A DNA stretch of 43,305 nt from positions 1-43,305 of the forward strand of contig JAMDCW010000131.1 in assembly GCA_023489405.1 (NCBI GenBank). Reading direction: 5' to 3'. This stretch comes from Chloroflexota bacterium. Lineage in GTDB: Bacteria; Chloroflexota; UBA4733. How positions within the stretch are numbered: the first letter of the stretch is position 1; every line of letters begins with the position of its first letter. Below, piece after piece: positions 8,636 through 18,206 of the stretch. Made by a program: the position numbers and the translations under genes. The notes beneath the pieces were generated by a model, which saw nothing but the letters and a program-made list of their open reading frames with translations, ran no database searches and was not told where the DNA came from.

Positions 8636-10096
8636 TCAGCTCGTCTTCATCACATTATTAGCCTTCTGATTCACCTCCGCCAGCGCTTGTTTCGGCTGAG
8701 CGGTTCCAGCCATCACACTCTGTAACATGCTCTGTAGGATGTCTCGCACTTGCTGCCAGGCGGCGACCTTGGGCTCCCCGGTATTGCCGGGATACTTCAG
8801 GCCGTCAATAGCAACGCTATTGCGAGGATTTTCAGCAAGGAATTGCCTGTACGCGGGGGTCTCTGTAGCAGACTTGCGAAGGGGCACATACCCGGTTCCG
8901 AGTGCCCAAGCTGCGGTTTGCTTCGTATCGCTGAAGTACTTCATGAAAGCCCAGGCGCCTCGCTGGGCATCGGCACTAGTTTTGAAGAGACAGACGTTGC
9001 CACCATACAGGTCTGAGCGTGGCGTTTGGCCGGTTTTGCCGACAGGAGGCATTTCTGCCGTCCAGTTGAAAGTTTTTCCAGCTTTCTTCAGATCCGCCAG
9101 TATATATGACCGAGCGGCGCTCGAGTCCTGATAGAAGACGGTTTTTTGCTGCTCAAAATCGGTCTCGGACTGATACCCTTGTGGGGCTCTCACTGCCTTG
9201 GCCTTTGCCGCTTCGGCCAGTAACGCCATTGCCTCCTCCGCTTCAGGTGTATCTATCGTGAGCGTTTTACCGTCTGGAGAGATCAGGTCTCCACCACGAC
9301 TAAATACCCACGTTGCAAAGCGCGAAGCATCGGCTGAAAACTCCCATGCAGGCGAAACAGTCTTGTTGATCTTCAGCATTTGAGTCTTGAAGTCGCCCCA
9401 CGTCGCTGGGGGTTTATCGAAGCCAGCTTGTTTCACCATATCGGCGTCATACCACATCAGCTCAAGGCTCTTAGCAAAAGGAAACGTGAGAAACTTATTG
9501 CCGAACTGCGGAAACTTGCCAAGTTCGAGGAATGCCGGGAAGAAATCGGCCTTATCCGCCGCACTGAGACCAATTTGCGAATTGTTCATGTATTCATCCC
9601 AAGCAACGACGAGTCCGCTCGAATAGAACGCAGCGACCTGATTTTCGTACGCAACTGATAGCGTTACCGGTTGACCGGCATTGATCGCCGCCAAATTCGC
9701 CTGATAGAGATCGTTGTAGTTCCCCTTGTATTCAGGGGCGATGGTATAGCTTGATTGGCTTTTGTTGAAGTCCAGGACAATTTTATTCAGCAGTTGGGCA
9801 TTCGGGCCACTCTGCGTATGCCAGAGCGTCACTTTTGTCCCACGAACGGTAATCGGCACTGCCGTTGGTGTTGGCACTACTTTCTTCGAAGGTGCCGCTG
9901 CTACTGACGACGTAGAGCTTGAAACAGCAGAGCGCGAAACCGTAGTTGAAGCAGAGCTCGTGGCAGGTGCCGTCGAACTCGTACTGGAGGCACTCGTCGA
10001 TGAGGTTGCACCTCCACAAGCGGCGAGCGAAAGTGAGAGAGCAACTCCTCCCATTCCAGCGAGTACGCGTCTCCGTGTGATCAGCCTAGATTCCAT
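8636..10096 (-). CDS. ABC transporter extracellular solute-binding lipoprotein (family 1, CUT1 sugar type)
   Basis: The N-terminus MESRLITRRRVLAGMGGVALSLSLAACGG has an RR motif plus a lipobox. A long Ser/Thr-rich linker follows, then a typical SBP_bac_1 body. The gene sits directly downstream of two CUT1 permease genes. Confidence 0.85.
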   Translation of the reverse strand: MESRLITRRRVLAGMGGVALSLSLAACGGATSSTSASSTSSTAPATSSASTTVSRSAVSSSTSSVAAAPSKKVVPTPTAVPITVRGTKVTLWHTQSGPNAQLLNKIVLDFNKSQSSYTIAPEYKGNYNDLYQANLAAINAGQPVTLSVAYENQVAAFYSSGLVVAWDEYMNNSQIGLSAADKADFFPAFLELGKFPQFGNKFLTFPFAKSLELMWYDADMVKQAGFDKPPATWGDFKTQMLKINKTVSPAWEFSADASRFATWVFSRGGDLISPDGKTLTIDTPEAEEAMALLAEAAKAKAVRAPQGYQSETDFEQQKTVFYQDSSAARSYILADLKKAGKTFNWTAEMPPVGKTGQTPRSDLYGGNVCLFKTSADAQRGAWAFMKYFSDTKQTAAWALGTGYVPLRKSATETPAYRQFLAENPRNSVAIDGLKYPGNTGEPKVAAWQQVRDILQSMLQSVMAGTAQPKQALAEVNQKANNVMKTS

Positions 10097-10148
10097 TCCC
10101 TACCCTTTCTTAAGTGCTGCTTATTCACCACACCCTAGACTGTACGAT

Positions 10149-11045
10149 TCATCCCTTAAGTCCTGATTGCGCAATCCCTTCAATGAACTGTCGCTGGGTA
10201 ATGAGGAAGAGTACCAAGACCGGTATAATCGTAAACGTTGCTGCCGCCATCAACTGGTTAACCTGTGTGCCCTCTTCCGTAATGAAGTAGGCGAGCCCTA
10301 CCTGTATGGGGCGCATTTCATCGCTACTCGTCACAATAAGTGGCCAGATCAGGGCATTCCAGCTATCTAAGAACGTGAAAAGGCCCAACGTGAGCAAACC
10401 GGGAAGGGATAAAGGTGTAACAATCCATCGAAGGTAGCCTGCGTGCCCTAAGCCGTCGATCTGAGCCGCCTCCCACAGCTCATTCGGCAGCGTAGAGATG
10501 AACTGACGCATAAGGAAAATCCCGAATACTGAACCAATCCAGGGAATTATCTGGGCGGTGTAGGTGTTATACCAGTGGAAAGTCTTAATGATAATAAAAT
10601 CCGGGACCAATGTGGCCTCAAACGGAACCATCAATGTCGCAAGTAAGCCGATAAAAATAACATTTTTCCCAAAAAACTCCATTTTTGCAAACGTATATCC
10701 GGCAACCAGTGAGGTGAGAAGAGCGCCAGAGCAGGTAATACCGGCGATAAAAACTGTATTTACGAAATATCGAGGAAAGCCCTTGGGCCAGCTTCCTGGA
10801 AGCTGCCACGCATCAACGTAATTTTGCCACCGCCATTGTTCTGGTAGTAGTGTCGGTGGATATGCAAGTGCCTCAAACTGCGTCTTAAACGACGTCAGTA
10901 TCATCCAGATAAAGGGGAAGGCGATCAATAGGCCACATATCAGTAAAATGCAATGGACTACGAGAGCTGCACGCAGGCGTCGTAAAGGTCGAGGGTGACC
11001 AACCATCACCTGGTGCATTGCGCTGGTCTGGATTGAGCTAACCAC
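10149..11045 (-). CDS. Carbohydrate ABC transporter permease (MalG/UgpE-like)
   Basis: 6-TM BPD_transp_1 protein with an EAA loop (ELWEAAQIDGLGHAGYLRWIVTPL). Its start overlaps the upstream permease by 8 nt. Confidence 0.88.
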   Translation of the reverse strand: MVSSIQTSAMHQVMVGHPRPLRRLRAALVVHCILLICGLLIAFPFIWMILTSFKTQFEALAYPPTLLPEQWRWQNYVDAWQLPGSWPKGFPRYFVNTVFIAGITCSGALLTSLVAGYTFAKMEFFGKNVIFIGLLATLMVPFEATLVPDFIIIKTFHWYNTYTAQIIPWIGSVFGIFLMRQFISTLPNELWEAAQIDGLGHAGYLRWIVTPLSLPGLLTLGLFTFLDSWNALIWPLIVTSSDEMRPIQVGLAYFITEEGTQVNQLMAAATFTIIPVLVLFLITQRQFIEGIAQSGLKG

Positions 11046-12036
11046 TTATCGTCCTCGCGCTACGTCCAACGACGCGAAACTGCACTAGGGTCAAACCAAG
11101 AATAATTCCGAAAAGAAGAAATGCCAGTGCTGATGCATAACCAAGGTGGCCGTAACGGAATGCCTCATTATAAACAAGCAGAGAAACCGTTGTAGTGGTC
11201 CCTGCAGGTCCACCATTAGTCATGATGTAAATCTGATTGAAGGCTTTAAAGCTTCCTATCACAGAGATAACGAGAATGAAAAACGTGGTGGGTAGGAGGA
11301 GCGGCCACGTCAGAAAACGGATGACTTGCCATTCACTAGCACCATCGAGTCGCGCCGCTTCATAAAGCTCCTTGGGTATAGATGTCATGCCAGCGAGGAA
11401 GACGACCACATCAAATCCCTGGCTGTACCAGATGGACATGATGGCAATACAGACCATAGCGAGGCTTGGACCGACAGCCCAATGGGGAAGGTGAATACCA
11501 AGGGGTTGAAGAAGCAGCAAGAATATGCCACGTGGTTCATTTAACCATTGTGGGCTTGGTACGCCTATCCATTTCCATAGGCTACTAAATATGCCGTCGG
11601 TTCGGAATAATGTACGCCATACCGCTGCTGCAGCAACTGAAGATGTAACATACGGAACAAAAAAGAGCGTCCGATAAAAACTTAGTCCCTTAATGGGCCG
11701 GCTCAGAAGAATAGCAGCAAAAAATGCAAAGGCCATACTTGGTATAACTGTAAAGAGCGAGTACCACGCGGTCGTTGCTAAGGCAGCTCGAAAATCACCG
11801 CTCCCAAGAATTACCTGATAATTGGTGAAGCCAAGAAAAGCTCCTTTAATTACTTTCCAGTTAAAGAGGCTAATATAGAAAGCAAAAGCTATCGAAAAAA
11901 GATGAAAAGTCGCAATAAGTATGATAGATGGGAGGAGAAAGGCGTAGGCGAGCACTGTAGTGCGCCAATATTTCCGGCGACGCACAGACGAAACAACCGG
12001 GCGCGATGGGAAAAGCGAGGAAGCGGTCAAAGCCAT
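11038..12036 (-). CDS. Carbohydrate ABC transporter permease (MalF/UgpA-like)
   Basis: EAA loop ELYEAARLDGASEWQVIRFLTWPLL and a polytopic architecture. Confidence 0.88.
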   Translation of the reverse strand: MALTASSLFPSRPVVSSVRRRKYWRTTVLAYAFLLPSIILIATFHLFSIAFAFYISLFNWKVIKGAFLGFTNYQVILGSGDFRAALATTAWYSLFTVIPSMAFAFFAAILLSRPIKGLSFYRTLFFVPYVTSSVAAAAVWRTLFRTDGIFSSLWKWIGVPSPQWLNEPRGIFLLLLQPLGIHLPHWAVGPSLAMVCIAIMSIWYSQGFDVVVFLAGMTSIPKELYEAARLDGASEWQVIRFLTWPLLLPTTFFILVISVIGSFKAFNQIYIMTNGGPAGTTTTVSLLVYNEAFRYGHLGYASALAFLLFGIILGLTLVQFRVVGRSARTISG

Positions 12037-12219
12037 CGCGTCACCGTTCCAGCTCGATACCCCGTTAGAAACCGGTACCTCTTTTTTTCAGTCCCAGTAT
12101 ACCGAGTCTAGCCGAGCGAGCGACCGCATATTTTAGCGCAGCTTAAGGCAATGCCCCAGAAACAATGTTTTCCGTCTTGCGGCGTCTAAACCACCTTACC
12201 CTGGTACGATTACGTAGAG

Positions 12220-13110
12220 GTGTATGCTAGGGGGTGGCTGGTGAAAGTCCATTTTATTACTCCTCAGGGCTACTGCTACGGAGTGGTACGAGCCATGCGT
12301 ATCGCTAAGCAAGTTGGTGATTCGTCACCAGATCCTGTATACGGCTTAGGTCAAATGGTTCATAACCGTCATATGATCGAGGAGCTTGCTGAGCACCACG
12401 TGACCACGATTGATGGGCCACATCGCCTAGAAATTCTCAACCAGGTCGAATCAGGTACGGTGATCTTTACGGCTCACGGTGTATCCCCTCAAGTGCGCGC
12501 TCGTGCCAGTGAAAAAGGCCTCCGGGTTATTGACGCAACGTGTCCGGATGTCACCCGTACACACGAGCTTGTCAAACGGCTTGCGCAAGAAGGCTATCAG
12601 ATTGTTTACATCGGTAAGCATGGCCATCCGGAGCCAGAAGGAGCGATGGGGAATGCTCCTGGGCAGGTGCACCTTGTCGAGACTATTGCAGAGGTCGACA
12701 TCCTTGACCTTCCTGAAGGCAAGAAAGCCGTCACGACCCAGACGACGATGAGCCTCTGGGACACTCAAGAGATCGTCGAACGTCTAAAGCAGCGCTATCC
12801 TGACATTGAAGTGTATAACGAAATCTGTACGGCCACTCAAGATCGGCAAACGGCAGCAGTAGAACAAGCGCGGCTATGCGATGTCGTCATCGTGGTAGGT
12901 GACGAACGATCATCGAATACCAACCGTCTTGTGGATGCTGTTCGTGAACGCGCTCAGAAACCAGCGTATCGAATAGATAATGCGACCGAGATCAACCTCG
13001 CTTGGCTACAGGGGGCAAAGGTTGTTGGAGTAACTTCAGGGGCTTCAACAAAAACCCAGATTACGCGGGAGGTCGTCAAGTTCATTCAGAGCTTGCCGGA
13101 TGAGCTCTAG
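12220..13110 (+). CDS. ispH: 4-hydroxy-3-methylbut-2-enyl diphosphate reductase (MEP pathway)
   Basis: PQGYCYGVVRAMRIA with the N-terminal Cys, TAHGVSP, DATCPDVTRTH, NEICTATQDRQ and VVGDERSSNTNRL match the three Fe-S Cys regions of IspH/LytB. An alternative start at GTG 12241 is equally plausible. Confidence 0.92.
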   Translation: MYARGWLVKVHFITPQGYCYGVVRAMRIAKQVGDSSPDPVYGLGQMVHNRHMIEELAEHHVTTIDGPHRLEILNQVESGTVIFTAHGVSPQVRARASEKGLRVIDATCPDVTRTHELVKRLAQEGYQIVYIGKHGHPEPEGAMGNAPGQVHLVETIAEVDILDLPEGKKAVTTQTTMSLWDTQEIVERLKQRYPDIEVYNEICTATQDRQTAAVEQARLCDVVIVVGDERSSNTNRLVDAVRERAQKPAYRIDNATEINLAWLQGAKVVGVTSGASTKTQITREVVKFIQSLPDEL

Positions 13111-13160
13111 AATACAAGGCGGTGCGACGTCCCTGGGAGTGTGAGTTCATAGAGAAGGGT

Positions 13161-13193
13161 AAGCGGTCCACCCTATACAAGAGTGGACCGCTT
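13161..13193. terminator. Bidirectional hairpin terminator between the convergent ispH and secreted-protein genes
   Basis: aagcggtccac / loop / gtggaccgctt is a perfect 11-bp stem, with T-containing tracts on both sides. Confidence 0.6.
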
Positions 13194-13204
13194 CTCTATA
13201 GCAG

Positions 13205-14029
13205 CTAGCTTACAGATGTGGTGAGCGTGTAGCTGGTGGGATTGGTTGGGGCATAGTCATAGACTTGAACGGTGTAGACACCCGTAGGGTTTCCAGAAAG
13301 GGTGAGAGCAAGCGAGCCATCCGATTGCAATGTCGCGGTGCCAACGAGATTGCCACTGGCATCATAGACATTGAAGCCGGCAGCACCTTGCGCAACAGCT
13401 ATCGAAGGTGACGCGGTCATCGTGATAGTTAACGCCTGCGAACTGTCCATATAGTTCACGCTATAGAGCCGGTAGCTGCCACCAGTATTCCCAGCGAGAT
13501 TACCGGAAACGGACCCTGCTAATGGCGTCACGGTAGGCTGAGCAGAAGCTGGTGTAGACGATATAGTGCTTGTAGCGGCTGTCGACGATGGAGGTGCAGC
13601 CACCCCACTTGCGGAAAGGGTGAAGTTCAGGCCATAGACAGGATCATAATCGTAAAGCTGCACGGTTGCTGTTCCACTGCTAGATTCAGAAAATGTGAGT
13701 GTCGCGTTAGTAGGACTCGTTGGGGTGGAAGTGCCAACCTGAACTCCGCCAACATAAACGGCGAATCCCGCTGCACCGTTCTCCATCGCGGTGCCATTTG
13801 CGAGGGTAAGGTTGAGAGTAACCGGCGTAGTAGCGCCGTACGGTACCTGGAAGTAGTCAAAGGATCCGCCAGAGTTAGCGGAGAGCGCACCAGAATACGA
13901 AGAGGTTAATGCTATAGGATTGCTGGCTGTACCTACCGGGGCAGGCGCAGCCAGGGCTATATTCGGTAGCGACAGTGCTAGCACACTGCCGGAGGCGATC
14001 AATGCACTGAAGATCATGCGCTTGTTCAT
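13205..14029 (-). CDS. Secreted protein made of two tandem beta-sandwich repeats of about 115 aa (pre-peptidase C-terminal/PPC-like)
   Basis: The signal peptide is MNKRMIFSALIASGSVLALSLPNIALA. The two repeats share the pattern xLAxNxGGSxxxYxVxY...GAAGFxVYxxGxxVGTxT...TVQ(L/V)YDYxP...(Y/F)TL and are separated by a Ser/Thr/Pro/Ala linker. Confidence 0.6.
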   Translation of the reverse strand: MNKRMIFSALIASGSVLALSLPNIALAAPAPVGTASNPIALTSSYSGALSANSGGSFDYFQVPYGATTPVTLNLTLANGTAMENGAAGFAVYVGGVQVGTSTPTSPTNATLTFSESSSGTATVQLYDYDPVYGLNFTLSASGVAAPPSSTAATSTISSTPASAQPTVTPLAGSVSGNLAGNTGGSYRLYSVNYMDSSQALTITMTASPSIAVAQGAAGFNVYDASGNLVGTATLQSDGSLALTLSGNPTGVYTVQVYDYAPTNPTSYTLTTSVS

Positions 14030-14163
14030 TGCTTCTCTTTCTTCCTTTACCTATCTGCTTCCTAAGCAGTACATAGACTAGGAGGAAAGAATCAAAAACT
14101 AGTCACGGGTTTCGTCACACGAGTTGAAAGCAAATGTAAAAGATTTTGCGTAGTGACAATTCT

Positions 14164-14937
14164 TCAGAGCGCCATAATACTGTATCCGGCGTCCACGTGA
14201 AGCACCTGGCCGGTGACACTTTTCCCGAGATCGCTCAGCAAGTAGAGCGCAGCATTCCCAAGGTCCATCCCGTCGATATTACGTCTCAAGGGAGCATGCT
14301 CGTTCACAATGCGCTCGATATCCTGGAACCCACTAATGGCGCGAGCGGACAAGGTGCGTTGGGGACCTGCTGAAATGGCATTCACGCGAATCTGGGACAG
14401 ACCGAGGTCGTATGCAAGGTAGCGGACGCTACACTCCAGAGCAGCTTTGGCAACTCCCATAACATTATAATTCGGCACCACTCGTTCGCTACCCAAGTAG
14501 CTGAGTGTCACGATGCTACCACCACCCCGAGCCTTGAGGAAGGGCTCTGCCTCTCGCGCAATGAAAGCGAGCGAGTAGACACTCACATCAAGCGCCAAGA
14601 GAAATCCATCCCGACTCACTTCTACAAAACGCTTTCCGCTGATGTCCTCACGATTAGCAAATGCGAGACTATGAACGACTGCATCGATACCACCGTGGCG
14701 TTCGCCAAGTTGGTGGAAAATAGAGGGAACATCGAGGTCATTTCCCACATCACAGGTGTATATCTCATTACTACCGATGGTATTCGCTAGCTTTCGCACC
14801 TCGGGCTCCATGCGCTCTTGCGCGCAGAATGCCAGCGTCGCGCCTTCCCGAGCAAGCGTCTGAGCGATGCTCCAGGCGATACTGCGGTGATTGGCCACAC
14901 CAAAGACTACGGCAACTTTGCCGTCCATGAGCCCCAT
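14164..14937 (-). CDS. fabI: Enoyl-[acyl-carrier-protein] reductase (NADH), FabI
   Basis: GKVAVVFGVANHRSIAWSIAQ, VHSLAFA, YNVMGVAKAALE (Tyr-x6-Lys), IRVNAISAGPQRTL and VDAGYS. The start is probably ATG 14937 (MGLMDGK...), preceded by a purine-rich GAGAGGAAGAGG. Confidence 0.93.
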   Translation of the reverse strand: MGLMDGKVAVVFGVANHRSIAWSIAQTLAREGATLAFCAQERMEPEVRKLANTIGSNEIYTCDVGNDLDVPSIFHQLGERHGGIDAVVHSLAFANREDISGKRFVEVSRDGFLLALDVSVYSLAFIAREAEPFLKARGGGSIVTLSYLGSERVVPNYNVMGVAKAALECSVRYLAYDLGLSQIRVNAISAGPQRTLSARAISGFQDIERIVNEHAPLRRNIDGMDLGNAALYLLSDLGKSVTGQVLHVDAGYSIMAL

Positions 14938-15080
14938 TCCTCTTCCTCTCTCTCCCAAAAGATGACTCAGGCATATCAAGGGCGATTTCAAGTCCCAGAC
15001 ATCGACGTACTAAGAGCCATCACCAGAAGCGCACAATTGCCGCACGGCAGTGACGATCAAGTACGTAATAACTCGCTCAC

Positions 15081-15911
15081 TTATATCAGGTCATTAGCAT
15101 AATCAGAGCATCGTTCAGGATCGGTGATCCAACCTCGCTTCAAAGCATAGATGGCCGCCGCCGTTCGATCGTTGACGCTGAGCTTACGCAGGATAGCGGT
15201 AATGTGATTTTTGACCGTCTGATCGCTGATGCTCAAAGCACCAGCGATATCCTTGTTGCCGCATCCCTGAGCTATCAGACGTAAAACCTCCAGCTCCCGA
15301 GGCGAAAGTGGTGTATACGTCGGCCCAACGACAGCCTCTTCTGCTAACAGACCTGCCTGCTTGATTTCGCGCATCTCCCTCTCGATCGGCCCATCATATC
15401 TGACAGGCTCTGACTCTGGCGGATTGATAACGACACGTCCCTGATGGGCATCCCGAAGCGCATGGCGGATCTGATCTTCATCAGCCAGCTTTGATAGATA
15501 ACCGACAGCACCCACCTTCATTGCGCGGAACATTTCCTTCTCATCTTCAGTTTCGCTGAGGATCAGGCAGTGCAGTGATGGTTGTAGGCGCCGTGCTCGG
15601 GCGACAAGGGCAAAGCCATCGACATCCACTAGCTCTACACAAGCAATGAGCAGATCAATCTCTTCACGCTGTAGGATATTCAACGCCTCTTGGCAGCTAT
15701 CCACTGCCCCCGTGACGGTGTAGATTTGATCTTCTTCGAGACAAGCAAGCAAGCCGCGTCGCACGAGCGGGACTGACTCCGCTATTAAGACCCGCAGTGT
15801 CTGTGCGGCTCCGTCTAGTGTCACGTCTGAGTGTGTCACGTCTGCAAGAGGTATTGTTACGGACTGCCCAGCAAACACCATGCGTACGTCTTCCTTCCCT
15901 CTAACTCCCAC
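15081..15911 (-). CDS. LuxR/NarL-family transcription regulator with a degenerate (pseudo-)receiver domain; orphan, with no adjacent kinase
   Basis: The C-terminal HTH reads LSPRELEVLRLIAQGCGNKDIAGALSISDQTVKNHITAILRKLSVNDRTAAA. The N-terminal REC-like fold has IAES where DD is expected. Cys91 (TGT 15639..15641) occupies the phospho-acceptor Asp position (IDLLIACVELVDVDG against the NarL-type PDLILLDLNMPGMNG). The conserved Ser and Lys are retained (LSET, GYLSK). Confidence 0.8.
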   Translation of the reverse strand: MGVRGKEDVRMVFAGQSVTIPLADVTHSDVTLDGAAQTLRVLIAESVPLVRRGLLACLEEDQIYTVTGAVDSCQEALNILQREEIDLLIACVELVDVDGFALVARARRLQPSLHCLILSETEDEKEMFRAMKVGAVGYLSKLADEDQIRHALRDAHQGRVVINPPESEPVRYDGPIEREMREIKQAGLLAEEAVVGPTYTPLSPRELEVLRLIAQGCGNKDIAGALSISDQTVKNHITAILRKLSVNDRTAAAIYALKRGWITDPERCSDYANDLI

Positions 15912-15999
15912 GCTATTTCATCCACTGATCTGCTTTTACACTTTGCGAGATGAAATCTGTGCTCATGGTGTACGCAAGTGTTCGGTCTGGCGCTGATCG

Positions 16000-17247
16000 C
16001 TAGCCGGAAGCTCCTATCCGTGTTGCGTTACCTCCTGGATCAGGCCTATCAGCGTCCGGGGGAATACAGAGATCCCAATAGAGGAGCACATGTTCACGTG
16101 CTATCTGATCCCAGGTAAACCGCTGGGCGGCTTCGCGAGCGCGTTCCTTTCGCATAGCCCTTTGAGACGGATGGCTAAGCAATTGAAGTGCCACAATGAG
16201 CTCTTCGATGTTACCTGACTGATATGTAAGGACTGCTCCTTCAGGTAACTCCTCAAGACCCTCTTGAGGTGTGGTTGTCACAATACAACAGCCATGAGCC
16301 AAAGCTGCCATCAACGTGCCACGCCGTAGTGAATATCCGTCGCGGAAAGGTAGGACGACGATATCTGCCGCTTCAAGATCAGCCGACACTGTTTGCGCAC
16401 TCTCATATCCCGTGAATATCACTCGCTGACGAATATCGAAATCCGCAATGAAGCGCTCCAGCTTGCTCTGTGTGGAGATGTTCGTCTGATCGCTCTGGCC
16501 GGTACCCCCTCCAATAATGAGCAGACGTATCGGTGCACCATTCCGTGCCAAGCGGGCTGTAGCTTGAACAAGATCTTCAAGCCCTTTTGTCGCATTCGTA
16601 AAACCGAAGTTCGCTAAGACCAGCTCATCATCTGCAATACCGCGCTGCTGCCGCCATAGAAGACGATCCACAGATTCTGGTGGTGGCAGAATATTCGCCC
16701 CTATGGGTATATAGCGAATGGTGCGGATACCGGTGGCCTTCAGGTAGGCCTGATCTCCTCTATTCGTAACGACTACGGCATCAGATCCCTTTGCCATCCA
16801 GATCGGTGCTCGCCTATCCAGCCCAAGCCGGCCAGAAAGTGGAAAAAAATGAGGGGGTAGCACATCGTGGAATGTTGTGACGACGAGTGGTCGAATAGAC
16901 CACGTACGAAGAGAGGATGGGCCAAAAGGCACGACGCTCTGTAGGCCGAAGGCAGCAGCTTGAAACTGGAAATGGACGATATCGGGCTTGATATGCCGTA
17001 CAAAGGCTGCGAAAGGGCGCCAACTCCGTATATCCCAATGCGCCATTGAGCGAGACACATGGCTATCAGCTTTTAGGGCCCACCAGGCATCTTCATTGAT
17101 CGCATCTCGTGACGATAATGGTTTTTCAGAGGTGAGAACATAGACATCTTCACCTCGATCCGTCAGAGCAGCGGCTAGTCGATCGGTATAGTCCCCTACA
17201 CCACCAACTGCTGGAGGAAACTCTCCTGTAACCAGCAACTCCCTCAC
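16000..17247 (-). CDS. Glycosyltransferase, GT4 (group 1, GT-B fold)
   Basis: 415 aa with an N-terminal PPAVGGVGDY segment and a C-terminal Glycos_transf_1-like region (LLIIGGG..., ADIVVLPFRDGYSLRRGTLMAALAHGCCIVTT). Overlaps the upstream GT2 by 4 nt. Confidence 0.8.
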   Translation of the reverse strand: MRELLVTGEFPPAVGGVGDYTDRLAAALTDRGEDVYVLTSEKPLSSRDAINEDAWWALKADSHVSRSMAHWDIRSWRPFAAFVRHIKPDIVHFQFQAAAFGLQSVVPFGPSSLRTWSIRPLVVTTFHDVLPPHFFPLSGRLGLDRRAPIWMAKGSDAVVVTNRGDQAYLKATGIRTIRYIPIGANILPPPESVDRLLWRQQRGIADDELVLANFGFTNATKGLEDLVQATARLARNGAPIRLLIIGGGTGQSDQTNISTQSKLERFIADFDIRQRVIFTGYESAQTVSADLEAADIVVLPFRDGYSLRRGTLMAALAHGCCIVTTTPQEGLEELPEGAVLTYQSGNIEELIVALQLLSHPSQRAMRKERAREAAQRFTWDQIAREHVLLYWDLCIPPDADRPDPGGNATRIGASG

Positions 17248-18206
17248 GATACGTCTCCTAGTTTTCCGGTGATCAGCCCACTAACCATAGCCCAGAGCAC
17301 GCTGAGACGCTGCCGCCGCATAGCGCGATTACGCTGGATCAGCAGATATTTGCCAAGCTCCTCGAGACACTGCAAGGCATAGAGTGTAGACAGCCAGATG
17401 CGCAGTACAGTTGCCCAAGGGCGACCGTATAGCAATGCATAAAGGCGTAGCTTACTCCAGTTATGATTCCAGTGACGATGAAGAATATCTTGTCCGCTGC
17501 TATGACCTACGAGATGTGTGACCTGGACGTCGGGAATATAGACGACGCGCCAGCCTTGACGTTTGAAGCGAAGGCACCATTCTAGCTCTTCTGAATACAT
17601 GTGGAAGCGAGGATCGAAGCCGCCCACTTGAGCAATTGCCGCAGCGCGGACAAGCATACACGCTCCGGTAATCCAATCGACATCCTGCACATCATGGGCA
17701 GATCGATCAGAAACATAGTATCGTCGCGTTAGAGCATTCTCACCAAACCACTGCTGGAGCTGCGTGCTCTCGTAAAATCCCGTCCATCTTGTTGGAGCAC
17801 GTCGCCGAGAAGATTGCACTGAGCCATCCTCATTAAGGAGCTGTGGACCAACTACTGCAACGTCGTTGTGCGCGTCTAAATAATGAACCAAGAATTCCAG
17901 AGTACCCTTATGGAGAAAAGCGTCAGGATTGAGGATGAGAACGAACCGTCCACGAGCGCACGTGATGCCTCGATTGTTAGCAGCCGCAAAACCGCGATTC
18001 TCGCTATTACGCAATAGTGTGACGGAGGGATAGTGAGAGGCTACAAAATCTGCCGTACCATCTGGAGAAGCATTGTCAACCACACATATCTCCATCGATA
18101 CTCCGGCGTCTAACACAGTATCGAGACAGCGACCAATGATGTCGCGATTATTCCAAGTAACGACGACGATGCTGACCGCTGGCGGGGTAGGCGAGCTCCC
18201 GCTCAT
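17244..18206 (-). CDS. Glycosyltransferase family 2 (WbbL/rhamnosyltransferase-like)
   Basis: VSIVVVTWNNRDIIGRCLDTV...VVDNASPDGT...NRGFAAANNRG...LILNPDAF is a GT-A DxD-type N-terminal half. Confidence 0.82.
   Translation of the reverse strand: MSGSSPTPPAVSIVVVTWNNRDIIGRCLDTVLDAGVSMEICVVDNASPDGTADFVASHYPSVTLLRNSENRGFAAANNRGITCARGRFVLILNPDAFLHKGTLEFLVHYLDAHNDVAVVGPQLLNEDGSVQSSRRRAPTRWTGFYESTQLQQWFGENALTRRYYVSDRSAHDVQDVDWITGACMLVRAAAIAQVGGFDPRFHMYSEELEWCLRFKRQGWRVVYIPDVQVTHLVGHSSGQDILHRHWNHNWSKLRLYALLYGRPWATVLRIWLSTLYALQCLEELGKYLLIQRNRAMRRQRLSVLWAMVSGLITGKLGDVS

Noticed and set aside
12083-12092. T-run (tctttttttc) in the permease/ispH divergent region as a terminator
   Set aside because: No convincing stem precedes it and no upstream plus-strand gene needs terminating. 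It is probably just AT-rich promoter DNA.
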